64,000 nt of DNA from Candidatus Binatia bacterium (GCA_038245295.1 JBBRSP010000009.1:32001-96000), one strand, 5' to 3'. Shown: positions 26,411-36,970, numbered from the stretch's first letter. A program made the numbers and translations. The notes: generated by a model from the letters alone, not told the origin.

Positions 26411-29014
26411 ATGTGGCGATGTATTGTAACGCTGTGCCTGCTCGTCGGTCTGCCCGTTGGAACGGCCATGGCGGATCTGACCTACGACATCGAGGCAACC
26501 ATCGATGTCCAGAAGCGTCGTATCGACGGCACCGTTACGGTGCATGGGACAAGCCTCGCTAACGCCGGCGAGATCTGCTGGCTGCTCTTTCCGAACCGCT
26601 TCGCGCACGCCGAAAGCGACGCGGGCGTCAATGATTTCAGCCGTCTGTTGGTCTACCCGGAGGAGACCTTTGAGGCAGGGGGAATCGCGGTGGGCGGCCC
26701 CCACTTCGACGGCCACTTCGTCGAAGCGTCCGCCTTACCCAGAGATACCGTATGGCTACAAGCGTCGGAGGCTGGGCGAACCGAGCTGACACTGAATTTC
26801 ACCACCACAGTCCCGCATCGCTTTGGGGCGTTCGGCGAGTTCGAGGACCAGCTTACGCTACTCGGCGGTTGGCACCCGATGCTGTGTGATGCCACGGGGA
26901 GTACGGCACATCTCCGCGACTCACCTCCGCCGGCGGTGTTCAACATCGACCTGACGCTGGTGCAACCGGCGGATGTCATCCTGAACGGAATCAGCTCACC
27001 GCGTGCGACGCACGTTCGTTATCATTCCAACTCCGCCGAGGCGGCTGCGGCACTGATCGTTGCGCCTACCCTCGAACACCGGGAGTTCGACGTCGACCGG
27101 ACCCACGTCGCCATCCTGCGTTCACCGGAACGCCGAAACTTCCGGATCGCCTGGACGTCATCGCCCGACGAGCGGATCGAGGAAGCGATCGGTGCCACAC
27201 TACGCGCGTTGCCTCATCGTCTTGCGAAGCCGGCGGCACTGACAGTGGTCCTCGCTCCATTGCGTGCGCAACTCACCAGCCCAGCCCCGGGAATGGTCGT
27301 GTTGTCGGATCGCGTCTTCAAGACAAACCCCTTGGTGCAGCCATTTCATGAATTGCAGACGGCCAGTGCCGTCTTCGCCCACGTCATCGAACCGACCATC
27401 GAGCAGCGTGAGGAATACGGTGACGTACGATGGGTGCGGGATGCAATCGCGCGCGACTGGGCTCGGCAGTCGGTGCAACGAGAATACCCCGAGCGCCGCG
27501 GTGTCTACGAGTGGATCGATCTGTTCAACATCTTCGCCATCGTTGATCGCTTCGAAACGTCGCCGCGGATTCCGTTTGTCGATTCCTTCTTCGAGCACAC
27601 GGCACACGCCGACCCGCTGCACGAACAGCTCTTCACTTTCAACAACGATGAGGTTCCCGGCGTCGTTCTGCTCGACAAGTTGCGCCAGGCTTACGGCAAC
27701 GACGTCATCCGCCGAGTCATTGACGACTGTGCCGTCGGCCCGGAGCGCTTCGCCGACTGCGCCCGACGTGCCGACGGCGTGGATGTCGACCACGTCGTCG
27801 CCGACTGGCGCCCGTCGTTCCCACAGATCAACTACGCGATCGTCGACTACGACTTGAACGAGCCCGTTGGAGATGGATTCCAGCAAAGCATTCACGTTCG
27901 GCGCGACGGCGAACGTGCCGTTTCCGAAGCCGTACCGATCCGCTTGCGTGGAATCAGCGGCGCACCAACCACCGTCGTCTGGAATGGTCGTGGCAACGAG
28001 GCGACGGTTACGACACATACCGACCACCGTGTCCTGCAGGCACTGATCGACTCGGACCGCACGCTGATCGAAACCACGCGCGCCGACAATGCGGCACCGG
28101 CCGACCCGCAACTCGTCCTCGATGCGGCGGAAGTCGAGGTCAGCTCCACCGAGTTCGGCTTTGCGGCGCTAGCGGCGTTGCGCAACCGCTACGACTACTC
28201 CAAGGATCTGGCCGCTGCCTTATCCTATTCGAATCGGGCCGCCTCTCTGCACGCCGGAGGTCGGCTGCACTTCGGAACGGCCATCGACGCGAACTCGTTC
28301 CGCAACAACCTCTTCGCCTTCTACGAGGCACATGCGCTCGACAGCAGTTTCAAGGAGAAAGACAACGGCGGCGTTCGAACCGCGGGACACGCCAACGGCT
28401 TTGGCCTGCGCTACGATTACAGCGACGTCTTTGAATCCAACAATCCCAAGCGCAGCCTGCACGTCCGCCTGTTCGGCGACATTTTCCATCGTACTCTCGC
28501 CAGCGACTACGACTTCGCCGACTGGGGAATCGACGCGAGCGCGACGCAGCCGTTGTGGACCCCACGCACGGTGCTTGCCGCTCAAGTCATCAACGGCTTC
28601 AGCGCCGCCATCGGCGACAGCGTTGTGCCACTGCAGGCGCGCTTCAGCCTTGGTGGTTCGCGCTCGATTCGCGGCATCGGCGCCGAAGAAGAGTTGGCAC
28701 GTAATCTCCTGGTCGTTCGGGCCGAGTTGCGACAGAGCATCTTCCCGGAATTCGACCACAACTTCCTCGATCTCGTCAGCGCTCGTCGCCTTCAGATACA
28801 TGCCTTTGTCGACGCCGGCCGGGTCAGCAATTCTGCCGGCCGCGTGTACGACGTCAGCGCCTTCGCTGTCGGCGCCGGGGTGGGCATCGGGTTGAACTAT
28901 GAATTTTTCGGGTTCTTCCCGGCACAAGTCTACGTCGAGATGGCGACACGCGTCGATCGTTCCGACAGCTTGGGAGATATCCAGGTCCTGTTCGGCACTC
29001 GGCAGTCGTTTTGA
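26411..29014 (+). CDS. Exported M1-aminopeptidase-like domain fused to an Omp85/BamA-type beta-barrel
   Basis: Signal peptide; YDIEATIDV...IDGTVTV, LFPNRF, RFGAFG, GWHPML (M1-like); barrel with LGGSRSIRGIG, AFVDAG and C-terminal Phe beta-signal. Confidence 0.7.
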   Translation: MWRCIVTLCLLVGLPVGTAMADLTYDIEATIDVQKRRIDGTVTVHGTSLANAGEICWLLFPNRFAHAESDAGVNDFSRLLVYPEETFEAGGIAVGGPHFDGHFVEASALPRDTVWLQASEAGRTELTLNFTTTVPHRFGAFGEFEDQLTLLGGWHPMLCDATGSTAHLRDSPPPAVFNIDLTLVQPADVILNGISSPRATHVRYHSNSAEAAAALIVAPTLEHREFDVDRTHVAILRSPERRNFRIAWTSSPDERIEEAIGATLRALPHRLAKPAALTVVLAPLRAQLTSPAPGMVVLSDRVFKTNPLVQPFHELQTASAVFAHVIEPTIEQREEYGDVRWVRDAIARDWARQSVQREYPERRGVYEWIDLFNIFAIVDRFETSPRIPFVDSFFEHTAHADPLHEQLFTFNNDEVPGVVLLDKLRQAYGNDVIRRVIDDCAVGPERFADCARRADGVDVDHVVADWRPSFPQINYAIVDYDLNEPVGDGFQQSIHVRRDGERAVSEAVPIRLRGISGAPTTVVWNGRGNEATVTTHTDHRVLQALIDSDRTLIETTRADNAAPADPQLVLDAAEVEVSSTEFGFAALAALRNRYDYSKDLAAALSYSNRAASLHAGGRLHFGTAIDANSFRNNLFAFYEAHALDSSFKEKDNGGVRTAGHANGFGLRYDYSDVFESNNPKRSLHVRLFGDIFHRTLASDYDFADWGIDASATQPLWTPRTVLAAQVINGFSAAIGDSVVPLQARFSLGGSRSIRGIGAEEELARNLLVVRAELRQSIFPEFDHNFLDLVSARRLQIHAFVDAGRVSNSAGRVYDVSAFAVGAGVGIGLNYEFFGFFPAQVYVEMATRVDRSDSLGDIQVLFGTRQSF

Positions 29015-29050
29015 GGAACCCTGCGTTGAAGGTAACAACGACACAGTCCT

Positions 29051-30295
29051 ATGATCATCACCGTGGAAGCTGACCGGCCAGCCCTGCAGCGCGTTTGGGT
29101 GAGCGGCTGCGGTGTGGTGTCGCCTCTCGGCACCGGCGTCGATGCCTTTTGGCGCCGACTCTTGGGCGGAGCGAGTGCCCTCGCGCCCATCACCTGCTTC
29201 GACACAGGCGGGCAGAGTGTGTCGGTTGGCGCTCAAGTACCCGATCTTGATGCCTCCCCATGGCTGACGGCAGCAGAGAAGGGCCGCCTGGAGCGGATTG
29301 ATCAGTACGCCTTGGTCGCCGCACGCGAAGCATTGTGGGACGCCCAACTGGAGATCAATCGCCTCGACACAACGCGCGTCGCCGTAATCGTCGGCTCGTC
29401 ACTCGGAGGGATGGAGGCCGGCGAAGACTATCTGCGAGCCCAAGGGAGCGGCACGCCGTTCGCAACCGACCGTCTACTTGATCACCCGTATTACGCCACC
29501 GCGACAAATCTTGCCCGTGCCCTCGGCGTGCGCGGACCGGTCCTCAGCCCGTCGATTGCCTGCGCCTCCGGTACCCACGCCGTAGGTATGGCCTTCGACC
29601 TCATCCGCCTGGGCCACGCCGACGTTTCTATCGTCGGCGGCGCCGAAACCCTGTGCGAGTTCATCGTTACAGGCTTCAATTGCCTGCGCGCCACGACCAA
29701 CGAGACATTGCGCCCCTTCGACGCGCGGCGCTCCGGACTACTGCTCGGCGAGGGCGCCGCGATGCTGGTTATCGAATCGGACGATCATGCCCGCCGTCGC
29801 CAGCGGACGTCCACGATCGAAGTGTGCGGCAGCGGCATTTCCAGCGACGCCGTTCATATGACCGCGCCAGCGCGCGATGGCTCGGGTGCCGCCCGGGCGA
29901 TGCGTATGGCGCTTGCCGATGCGGCCATGACGCCGGACGAAATCGACTTCGTCAGCACTCACGGCACCGGCACCGTCTACAACGACGCCATGGAGATCAA
30001 CGCCCTGCATACCGTGTTCGGTGCCCGCGCAACGCAGATCCCCATGAACGCGATCAAGGGTAGTATCGGCCATACCTTGGCAGCGGCCGGTGCCTTCGAG
30101 GCGGTGATGTGCCGCGAAGTACTGCGCCACGGTATCATTCCGCCGTCGGTAAATTGCGGGACTCTCGACCCGGCCTGCGATCTCGACATCGTGCGCGGCA
30201 GTTCGCGGATCCATCCGGTCGAGAGGCTGCTCTCAACATCGTCGGCCTTCGCCGGCAACAACGCGGCCATCGTCATGCGAAAGGTAATTGTTTAA
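29051..30295 (+). CDS. Beta-ketoacyl-ACP synthase (FabF-like)
   Basis: IACASG catalytic Cys, RPFDARRSGLLLGEGA, HGTGTVYND, KGSIGHTL, SSAFAGNN. Confidence 0.92.
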   Translation: MIITVEADRPALQRVWVSGCGVVSPLGTGVDAFWRRLLGGASALAPITCFDTGGQSVSVGAQVPDLDASPWLTAAEKGRLERIDQYALVAAREALWDAQLEINRLDTTRVAVIVGSSLGGMEAGEDYLRAQGSGTPFATDRLLDHPYYATATNLARALGVRGPVLSPSIACASGTHAVGMAFDLIRLGHADVSIVGGAETLCEFIVTGFNCLRATTNETLRPFDARRSGLLLGEGAAMLVIESDDHARRRQRTSTIEVCGSGISSDAVHMTAPARDGSGAARAMRMALADAAMTPDEIDFVSTHGTGTVYNDAMEINALHTVFGARATQIPMNAIKGSIGHTLAAAGAFEAVMCREVLRHGIIPPSVNCGTLDPACDLDIVRGSSRIHPVERLLSTSSAFAGNNAAIVMRKVIV

Positions 30296-31098
30296 GGCGC
30301 CGCGCGCTCGAGTTGGCGCTGCGTAAACAGTTCGTCGTCGAGGCCCTGATCGTAGCCAACCTGCTGTATCTCGACCGTGGTCACTGAGCTGCGGTTCAGA
30401 TTCCAGACCTCGACGTGATGTGCCGTTGGGACATTGCCGACATCGTGCCAGTCACGGAAATGGATCCGTTTGACGATCTTGCCGTCCGCCCCCGCCAGGT
30501 GGAGCCGCCGCGGCAGCAGTTTCTCCTTGTCGAGCCAGACGACGATCGCAGCATAGGTGGGCTGCTCGGCCGTCGGTTTCAAGATGACACGGTGGCATAC
30601 GGTTTCATCCAGCGATTCTTCACCGTCTAGTCGACTGGGGGCTTCGGTCTCGTCCCATTCGAGTAGTCGCCCGATGATCTCAAGGTCGCGATACGACAAA
30701 TCGCTCCCGACGAAACTTTCGTCGCGCAGGCCCGTCGCGATCTGTCGTGTACGCTTGAACTCCGGCAGGTAGAGCCACTGCTCAGCGGCACGCCCAGCAT
30801 GCTCCCATTGCAGAAAGGCGACTCCACGCATGTCCGGCGGCGCGCCGATGAAGGCAACCGTCTTCTGCTCGCGGTTGCCATCACGCCTGGTCAGCAGGCG
30901 GACTTCGCGCTGCCTCTCATGGCCGGTCGCGTCGACGATCTTTAGAACCATACGTTGGTCGCGATCCGTCCAATGACGGACTCCATCGTCGAGACGTTTC
31001 GCACGATCGAGTAGGTCGCGGGCGCTTTCGGCCTCCCCCGCTGTCGCGATGCAAAGCTGCAAAGCAACACCCAGTCCAATTCTCCGAAAACGTCCCAT
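30292..31098 (-). CDS. Outer-membrane lipoprotein-sorting (LolA-like) periplasmic protein
   Basis: Signal peptide; PPDMRGVAFL, QWLYLPEFKRTRQI, SFVGSDLSYRDL, LDDELFTQRQL. Confidence 0.85.
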   Translation of the reverse strand: MGRFRRIGLGVALQLCIATAGEAESARDLLDRAKRLDDGVRHWTDRDQRMVLKIVDATGHERQREVRLLTRRDGNREQKTVAFIGAPPDMRGVAFLQWEHAGRAAEQWLYLPEFKRTRQIATGLRDESFVGSDLSYRDLEIIGRLLEWDETEAPSRLDGEESLDETVCHRVILKPTAEQPTYAAIVVWLDKEKLLPRRLHLAGADGKIVKRIHFRDWHDVGNVPTAHHVEVWNLNRSSVTTVEIQQVGYDQGLDDELFTQRQLERAAP

Positions 31099-31238
31099 GT
31101 CGTGCCCCGCCTTTCGTGTCCCAGCCTAGGCCGTAATGGCCGCGCGATACCCGGCTCACCCAAGCCTGCGCAATGTCTGCACTGCAGCCATGCATTGCAG
31201 CCTTTGTTGTGATCGACGTCGACCAGTAGACAGCCCGG

Positions 31239-32804
31239 ATGCGCCGTTGGCTGACCTTGGGGTGGCGTCTGTCGGCGATCCTACACGCCATGGCGACCGT
31301 CACCGTCGGCTTGGATTTGGCGGCGCCCGGATTCGGGCGCTGGAGCATCGCAGGCTTCGCGCAGGGAGATAGCGTCGTTGCCACCGATCATGGCACACCA
31401 CGTCAGCTGCCGCGTCTGTGGCTGGGCACCGTCGTGCGTGGTGATCTAGGCAAGCATGCTCGCACGGTTGTCGACGTACGCGGAATCTGGGGAGGTCCTC
31501 CGATACACCCGAAGGGCGCCGGCTTTGTAAGCTGGCGCGATACGTTCCAGGACCTGTCGCCGGCGGTCGAGCTCGAAGAGGCCTATGTCGAGATCAACGC
31601 CGCACCGTTCTCGGCGCGCCTCGGAAAGCAGAAATTTGCTTGGGGTCGTCTCGACATCACGCACGCCGTCGACATCCTCAACCCGCGTCGCTTCGACGAC
31701 CCGTTTCGTATCGAACCCGAGGATGCCAAGATCGGCGCACCGGCAGCGCAGCTAGAGTACCGCGTCCCGGGCGCAGCGGTAGTAGGGATACGCGAGCTCA
31801 ATGCCGAGTTGATCTGGATTCCCTGGCTCGTGCCTTTTCGGTTCCCGCTGTCGGATGAGCGCTGGTTTCCGCGCTCGGCCGGAGTGCCTTCGTCTCTCGA
31901 CATCCCGCCGGGCTTCTTCTGGATCGGCTCCGGAGCAACGGTGACGACACAGCTGCACGAGTCGAACGCGCCGCCGGCTCTTCAGGTAGACGAGGGCAGC
32001 ATCGCCGGACGCCTCAGCGGCACGACGCAGGGTTTCGACTGGGCATTGTTGGCGTACAACGGAGCGGAGACCAACCCCGCCCTCGCTCTGGCGACGCAGA
32101 TCTCAGCACCGCTGGCACAGCAGAAGCTCGCCCGTGGGCAGACACCGATCCTGAGCGATCTGCGCCAACTCGAGGCGCAGGTGGAGTTATCACCGCGTTA
32201 CGGGCGGGTGGCAGCGGGTGGCGGCGATGTGGCGTTTGGGGTTGGCGGCGCGACGGTACGGGCGGAGATGCTGTATGCGCGTAATCGACTCATACCACGG
32301 CGTAGCGACGATCTGCTGACCCTGGCCAACCTGCGTCGTTCCGTCTGCCATGATGCCGCATGCACCGGCGTCACGCCGCTCATCGCGGCCTTGCTTGCTG
32401 GTGAGTCTGTCGGCGTCGACCTCGGCGAGCTCTTCGTGCGGCGTGATACCGTCGAATGGGGTGTCGGTGCCGACTATCCGATCGCCGGCTGGGTGCCGCT
32501 CTTGCAGATCAACCAGACACTCTTGCTGGACGATGACGACGAGCTGCTCGTACCGCGTGTCGACACGCGGCTGACTCTCGCCTTGCGCCGCGACTTCCTC
32601 AACGAACAATTGCGCTTCGAGGTTGTGGCGTTGCAGGGAATGCCGCGCAGTTACACCAGTGGCATGGTGCGCTGGTCCTACGCACTGACCGACGCAGCGC
32701 GATTGCGCTGGGGTTATTTGCTCCTCGCCGGTACACGCGACTCGCTGATCGGTCAGTATCAGGACAACGACGAAGCCTTCCTCGAGCTACGTTACACCTT
32801 CTGA
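31239..32804 (+). CDS. DUF1302-like outer-membrane beta-barrel protein
   Basis: LEEAYVE...RLGKQKFAWGRLD...DILNP; C-terminal GQYQDNDEAFLELRYTF. Confidence 0.72.
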   Translation: MRRWLTLGWRLSAILHAMATVTVGLDLAAPGFGRWSIAGFAQGDSVVATDHGTPRQLPRLWLGTVVRGDLGKHARTVVDVRGIWGGPPIHPKGAGFVSWRDTFQDLSPAVELEEAYVEINAAPFSARLGKQKFAWGRLDITHAVDILNPRRFDDPFRIEPEDAKIGAPAAQLEYRVPGAAVVGIRELNAELIWIPWLVPFRFPLSDERWFPRSAGVPSSLDIPPGFFWIGSGATVTTQLHESNAPPALQVDEGSIAGRLSGTTQGFDWALLAYNGAETNPALALATQISAPLAQQKLARGQTPILSDLRQLEAQVELSPRYGRVAAGGGDVAFGVGGATVRAEMLYARNRLIPRRSDDLLTLANLRRSVCHDAACTGVTPLIAALLAGESVGVDLGELFVRRDTVEWGVGADYPIAGWVPLLQINQTLLLDDDDELLVPRVDTRLTLALRRDFLNEQLRFEVVALQGMPRSYTSGMVRWSYALTDAARLRWGYLLLAGTRDSLIGQYQDNDEAFLELRYTF

Positions 32805-32815
32805 CGGCAGCACCC

Positions 32816-32833
32816 CGCAGGCTTCAGCCTGCG
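32816..32833. repeat. REP-like palindrome CGCAGGCTTCAGCCTGCG
   Basis: Same core recurs at 57050-57082 and 61056-61078. Confidence 0.8.
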
Positions 32834-32905
32834 CACAGCCGGCCGGTCCGTTCGACGACGCTACACGGTTGCCATCCGGCCACTCCGCGAGGTAGTTCGC
32901 TGCGT

Positions 32906-34087
32906 ATGGAACTCAATCCATTCTCGTACGAATTCCACGAGAACCCCTATCCCACCTACAAGTGGCTGCGGCAAAACTCGCCGTTGTATCGCAACGACAA
33001 ACTCGACTTCTGGGCCCTGACGCGTTTCCGCGATGTCATCGGTGCGTCACACGATTGGGCGACATACAGCTCGGCGGAAGGGATCACACTGGAGCGTATG
33101 GACCCGCGCACGTTCGATTTGACGCCGATGATGATCTTCATGGATCCACCGCGTCACGACCGTCTACGCAAGCTCGTCGGCCATGCCTTCACACCGCGAC
33201 GCATCAACGACCTCGAACCTTTCATTCGGCAGATTTCGGCGCGGCTGATCGAGCCGCTGGCCAAGCAGGGCGGCGGCGACTTTGTGCAGGACTTCTCGAC
33301 GCCGCTGCCGATGGAAGTAATCTTCACCATGCTCGGCGTACCGGATGCGGATCGCCAGGAGCTGCGGCATTGGATGGACAAGTCGCTCGACCGCGATGAC
33401 GACTCACCGCAGATTCCAGCGCGCGCCATCGAGGCATCGATGAATCTGGTGCGTTACTGGTTTCAATTGGTTCCGGATCTACGCCAGCATCCCAACGACG
33501 GCCTGATCTGTAGTTTGCTGGAAGCCGAGATCACCGCCGACGATGGCTCGGCTGCCAAGTTGACCGACGGCGAGATCGCCGGCTTCTGCGCCCTGATCGG
33601 CGCCGCCGGCAACGAGACCGTAACCAAGGCGTTGGCCAACGCTGCGGTCCTGTTCGCGCGCCACCCCGGCGAATGGAACCGAGTCGTCGACACCCCAGCC
33701 CTCATTCCCGGCGCCATGGAAGAATCCCTGCGCTACTATCCGCCGTCGCAGTACCAGGGGCGCACGCTGACGCGCGACGTCGAATGGTACGGCGCAGTGG
33801 TGCCCAAGGGTGCTCGCATCCTGCTGGTCACCGGCTCGGCGACGCGCGACGAAGAAGAGTTCAAGGATCCGGAGCGTTTCGACATCGAACGCCCGGTGCC
33901 GATCGCCATGAGCTTCGGTTACGGCATCCACTTCTGCCTCGGCGCGTCGCTGGCACGCCTTGAAAGCCGCGTCGCGATGGAAGAATTCGCGAAGCGCTTT
34001 CCAAAGTTTCGCATCGACGAGTCGCGCGCCCGCCGGGTGCACATGAGCAACGTTCACGGCTTCGAGAGTGTGCCGTTCGAAGCATAG
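32906..34087 (+). CDS. Cytochrome P450
   Basis: MDPPRHDRLR, AGNETV, EESLR, FGYGIHFCLG heme-Cys motif. Confidence 0.96.
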   Translation: MELNPFSYEFHENPYPTYKWLRQNSPLYRNDKLDFWALTRFRDVIGASHDWATYSSAEGITLERMDPRTFDLTPMMIFMDPPRHDRLRKLVGHAFTPRRINDLEPFIRQISARLIEPLAKQGGGDFVQDFSTPLPMEVIFTMLGVPDADRQELRHWMDKSLDRDDDSPQIPARAIEASMNLVRYWFQLVPDLRQHPNDGLICSLLEAEITADDGSAAKLTDGEIAGFCALIGAAGNETVTKALANAAVLFARHPGEWNRVVDTPALIPGAMEESLRYYPPSQYQGRTLTRDVEWYGAVVPKGARILLVTGSATRDEEEFKDPERFDIERPVPIAMSFGYGIHFCLGASLARLESRVAMEEFAKRFPKFRIDESRARRVHMSNVHGFESVPFEA

Positions 34088-34146
34088 GGCGGGCGTTGCC
34101 CACCGTGGCGGCCTCTACTGAAAAGGTCGCCGGCAGCAGGAGATCA

Positions 34147-35523
34147 ATGACTCCGAACATCGTCTTCATCCTCGCCGACGATATGGGCTACGGCGACTTC
34201 GGTTGTTTCAACGACGGCCTGTCGCAGACGCCGACACTCGATGCGCTCGCCGACGAAGGCGTCTGCCTCACGCAGCACTACTCTGCGTCGCCGGTGTGCG
34301 CGCCGGCGCGCGCCTCGTTGTTGACCGGCCGTTATCCGCACCGCACCGGGGCGATCGACACACTCGAGTTGCGTGGCCTCGATCGCATCGCCTTACGCGA
34401 GCGAACGATCGCCGACTGCCTTCGGCAAGCTGGCTACGTCACCGGCCTGGTCGGCAAGTGGCACAATGGCGCGCTGGATTCGCGTTATCACCCGAACGCG
34501 CGCGGCTTCGATGAGTTCGCCGGCTTCTGCGGCGGCTGGGAGCCTTATTGGGATTGGCATCTCGACAGCAACGGTACACACTCGCGCGCCGATGGCCGTT
34601 ACCTGACCGACGTCTTCACCACTGAGGCAGTCCACTTCATCGAGCGCCACCAGCACTCGCCATTCTTTCTATACCTCGCCTACAACGCCCCACACTTTCC
34701 TTTCCAGTCAAAGGAAGAGGACGCCGTACCATTCCGCGACACCGGCCACTTCACCGAGGCCGTAAACCAGATCTACGGCATGATTCGCTGCATGGACCGT
34801 GGCGTTGCGCAGGTGCTCGAAACGTTGCGCCGTCTAGGCCTGGAAGAGAACACGTTGGTGCTGTTCTCGAGTGACAACGGACCACAGTTCGGCGGCAGCG
34901 GCGATGCCTGTACCGAACGATTCAACTGCGGCTTCAACGGTTCCAAGTTGCTCGTCTACGAAGGTGGCATCCGCCTACCCATGGTCCTGCGCTGGCCCGC
35001 CGGGATGGATGGGCGGCGGCGACTCGATTCGATGGTGCATTTGACCGACTGGTTACCGACGCTGCTCTCGGTCGCCGGGGCCGAAGCGCCGCGCGGCACC
35101 AAGCTCGACGGCATCGATGTCCTACCCATCCTGCGCGGGGAATCGGAAACGGTACCCGAGCAACGCTTCTGGCAATGGAATCGCTACACGCCGGTCGGTG
35201 AATGCAACGCCGCCATGCGTGACGGACGCTGGAAGCTCGTGCGTCCGGCGATAACCGAGTTGTTGAACGTCACAAACGACGACTTCGCCAAGGACATCGA
35301 TTCCAAGTTCAACCCCGAGAAGTACCAGGAACTTGATCGCACTCCGCTGCCGGAACACCAGACGCCGCTGATTCCGACACCGCAGCTCTTCGACCTACAA
35401 ACCGATCCGTTGGAGCAGAACGATCTCGCCGCCCGCGAGCCACAACGCGTGGCGCGCATGCAGGCGGAGCTTGCGGACTGGTTCGAAGAGGTAGAGCGCG
35501 ATCGACGTAGTATTGCGGATTGA
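34147..35523 (+). CDS. Arylsulfatase-like (Cys-type formylglycine) sulfatase
   Basis: PNIVFILADDMGYGD, CAPARASLLTGR, GKWH, SDNG, YEGGIRLP. Confidence 0.94.
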   Translation: MTPNIVFILADDMGYGDFGCFNDGLSQTPTLDALADEGVCLTQHYSASPVCAPARASLLTGRYPHRTGAIDTLELRGLDRIALRERTIADCLRQAGYVTGLVGKWHNGALDSRYHPNARGFDEFAGFCGGWEPYWDWHLDSNGTHSRADGRYLTDVFTTEAVHFIERHQHSPFFLYLAYNAPHFPFQSKEEDAVPFRDTGHFTEAVNQIYGMIRCMDRGVAQVLETLRRLGLEENTLVLFSSDNGPQFGGSGDACTERFNCGFNGSKLLVYEGGIRLPMVLRWPAGMDGRRRLDSMVHLTDWLPTLLSVAGAEAPRGTKLDGIDVLPILRGESETVPEQRFWQWNRYTPVGECNAAMRDGRWKLVRPAITELLNVTNDDFAKDIDSKFNPEKYQELDRTPLPEHQTPLIPTPQLFDLQTDPLEQNDLAAREPQRVARMQAELADWFEEVERDRRSIAD

Positions 35524-35699
35524 GACATTCTTAGAACGGAGTCGGTGCGCCCTCACGCCGCCCATCATGGATCCGTCTACCGCGGGCTGGGGCCCCCTTT
35601 CGCGCCGCGCACTTCGGATAGAAACCAGCCCGACTCCGTTCCGATCTCCCGCGAAGGTCAGCCGTGCACGGGGCTGGATCTCCGAGGCCCATCGCAAGC

Positions 35700-36875
35700 T
35701 CACAAAACGCAGCGCACGCCATGGCGATCCATCTCGGCAACACACTTGTTGCACGAGACACAACGCGACTTTTCGATCTCGCCGCGTTGCATCCGATTGA
35801 CCAGATCTGGATCGGCGATCAGGGCGCGGCCCATGGCCACGAAGTCGAACCCTTCTTGCATCGCTGCCTCAAGGCTGGTGCGGGATAGCACTCCGCCGAT
35901 GAGCACCAGCGGCATGCGGACGGCGCGGCGCACGGCACGTGCGTCCTCGAGGAAGAACATTTCGTGGAACGGATACTCCTTGATGACGCGGGCACCGAGG
36001 AAGCGCAGCACGAGACGCTGCAGCGGATTCTTCTCGACCTCGATCATCTCCTTCAGCGGTCGGGCGCCGCGAAAGAGGTAAAATGGACTCTTGCTGGTGA
36101 AACCGCCGCTCAGGACAAGCGCGTTTACGCCGGCAGCTTCGAGTCGTTCGGCCACGCCAACGGCTTCCTCGATCTGCAGGCCGCCGCGAAAGCCGTCGCG
36201 CAGATTCGTCTTGGCCAGAATCGGTACGGTGTCGCCGACGCGCCGGCGTACTTCGGCGACCACGGCCAAGGGGAGCCGCATGCGATTATCGAGCGAACCG
36301 CCCCAGCGATCACGGCGGCGGTTGGTGGCCGGACTGATGAACTGAGAGAGCAGGTATCCGTGGCCGAGATGCAGCTCGACGGCATCGAAGCCGGCACGCA
36401 CGGCCAACGCAGCGGCGGTGCCGAACTCGTCGATCGCCTGTGTCATATCGTCGTCGTTCATCGCACGCGTGAACGGCATGCCGGACATCACACCGTATTC
36501 GTTGATTGCGAACGATGGTGCGAGCGGCCGCCAGCCGCGCAGCTCTTTGTTCTTGCTGAAGGCGCCGCAATGCCCGAGCTGTAGGGACACCTTGGCCCCG
36601 GCGTCGCGCACCGCCGTCGTCAACGCCGTCAGGGCCGGCACAATCGCCTCGCGCATGTACATCTGTTCGCGGAAGGTGCGGCCGTTCGACGACACCGAAC
36701 AGTATGCCACCGTCGTCATACCGACACCGCCGCGGGCAAGCGCGACATGGTGCTCGGTGAGCGCCGGCGAGGGCAGTCCTCCCGGCGTCATCCCCTCATA
36801 GGTGGCGGTTTTGATGATGCGGTTACGCAGCGACAGCGGGCCGAGCTGCGCCGCTTCGAAAACGGAGGGCGACAT
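35700..36875 (-). CDS. NADH:flavin oxidoreductase (Old Yellow Enzyme family)
   Basis: LRNRIIK, AGFDAVELHLGHGYLLSQFISPATNRRRDRWGGSLDNRMR, GRALIADP, CVSCNKC. Confidence 0.93.
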   Translation of the reverse strand: MSPSVFEAAQLGPLSLRNRIIKTATYEGMTPGGLPSPALTEHHVALARGGVGMTTVAYCSVSSNGRTFREQMYMREAIVPALTALTTAVRDAGAKVSLQLGHCGAFSKNKELRGWRPLAPSFAINEYGVMSGMPFTRAMNDDDMTQAIDEFGTAAALAVRAGFDAVELHLGHGYLLSQFISPATNRRRDRWGGSLDNRMRLPLAVVAEVRRRVGDTVPILAKTNLRDGFRGGLQIEEAVGVAERLEAAGVNALVLSGGFTSKSPFYLFRGARPLKEMIEVEKNPLQRLVLRFLGARVIKEYPFHEMFFLEDARAVRRAVRMPLVLIGGVLSRTSLEAAMQEGFDFVAMGRALIADPDLVNRMQRGEIEKSRCVSCNKCVAEMDRHGVRCVL

Positions 36876-36970
36876 CGGCGGCAGACTGTGCCGTGAACGC
36901 GAAAGAATCAACGGCACGGCCTAACTCGGGCATCGGCCGCCCTGGGGGAACCGCCACACACCAGTCGACT

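Noticed and set aside
29051..30295. Type II PKS/aryl-polyene cluster
   Set aside because: A single ketosynthase with no ACP, chain-length factor, reductase or dehydratase nearby
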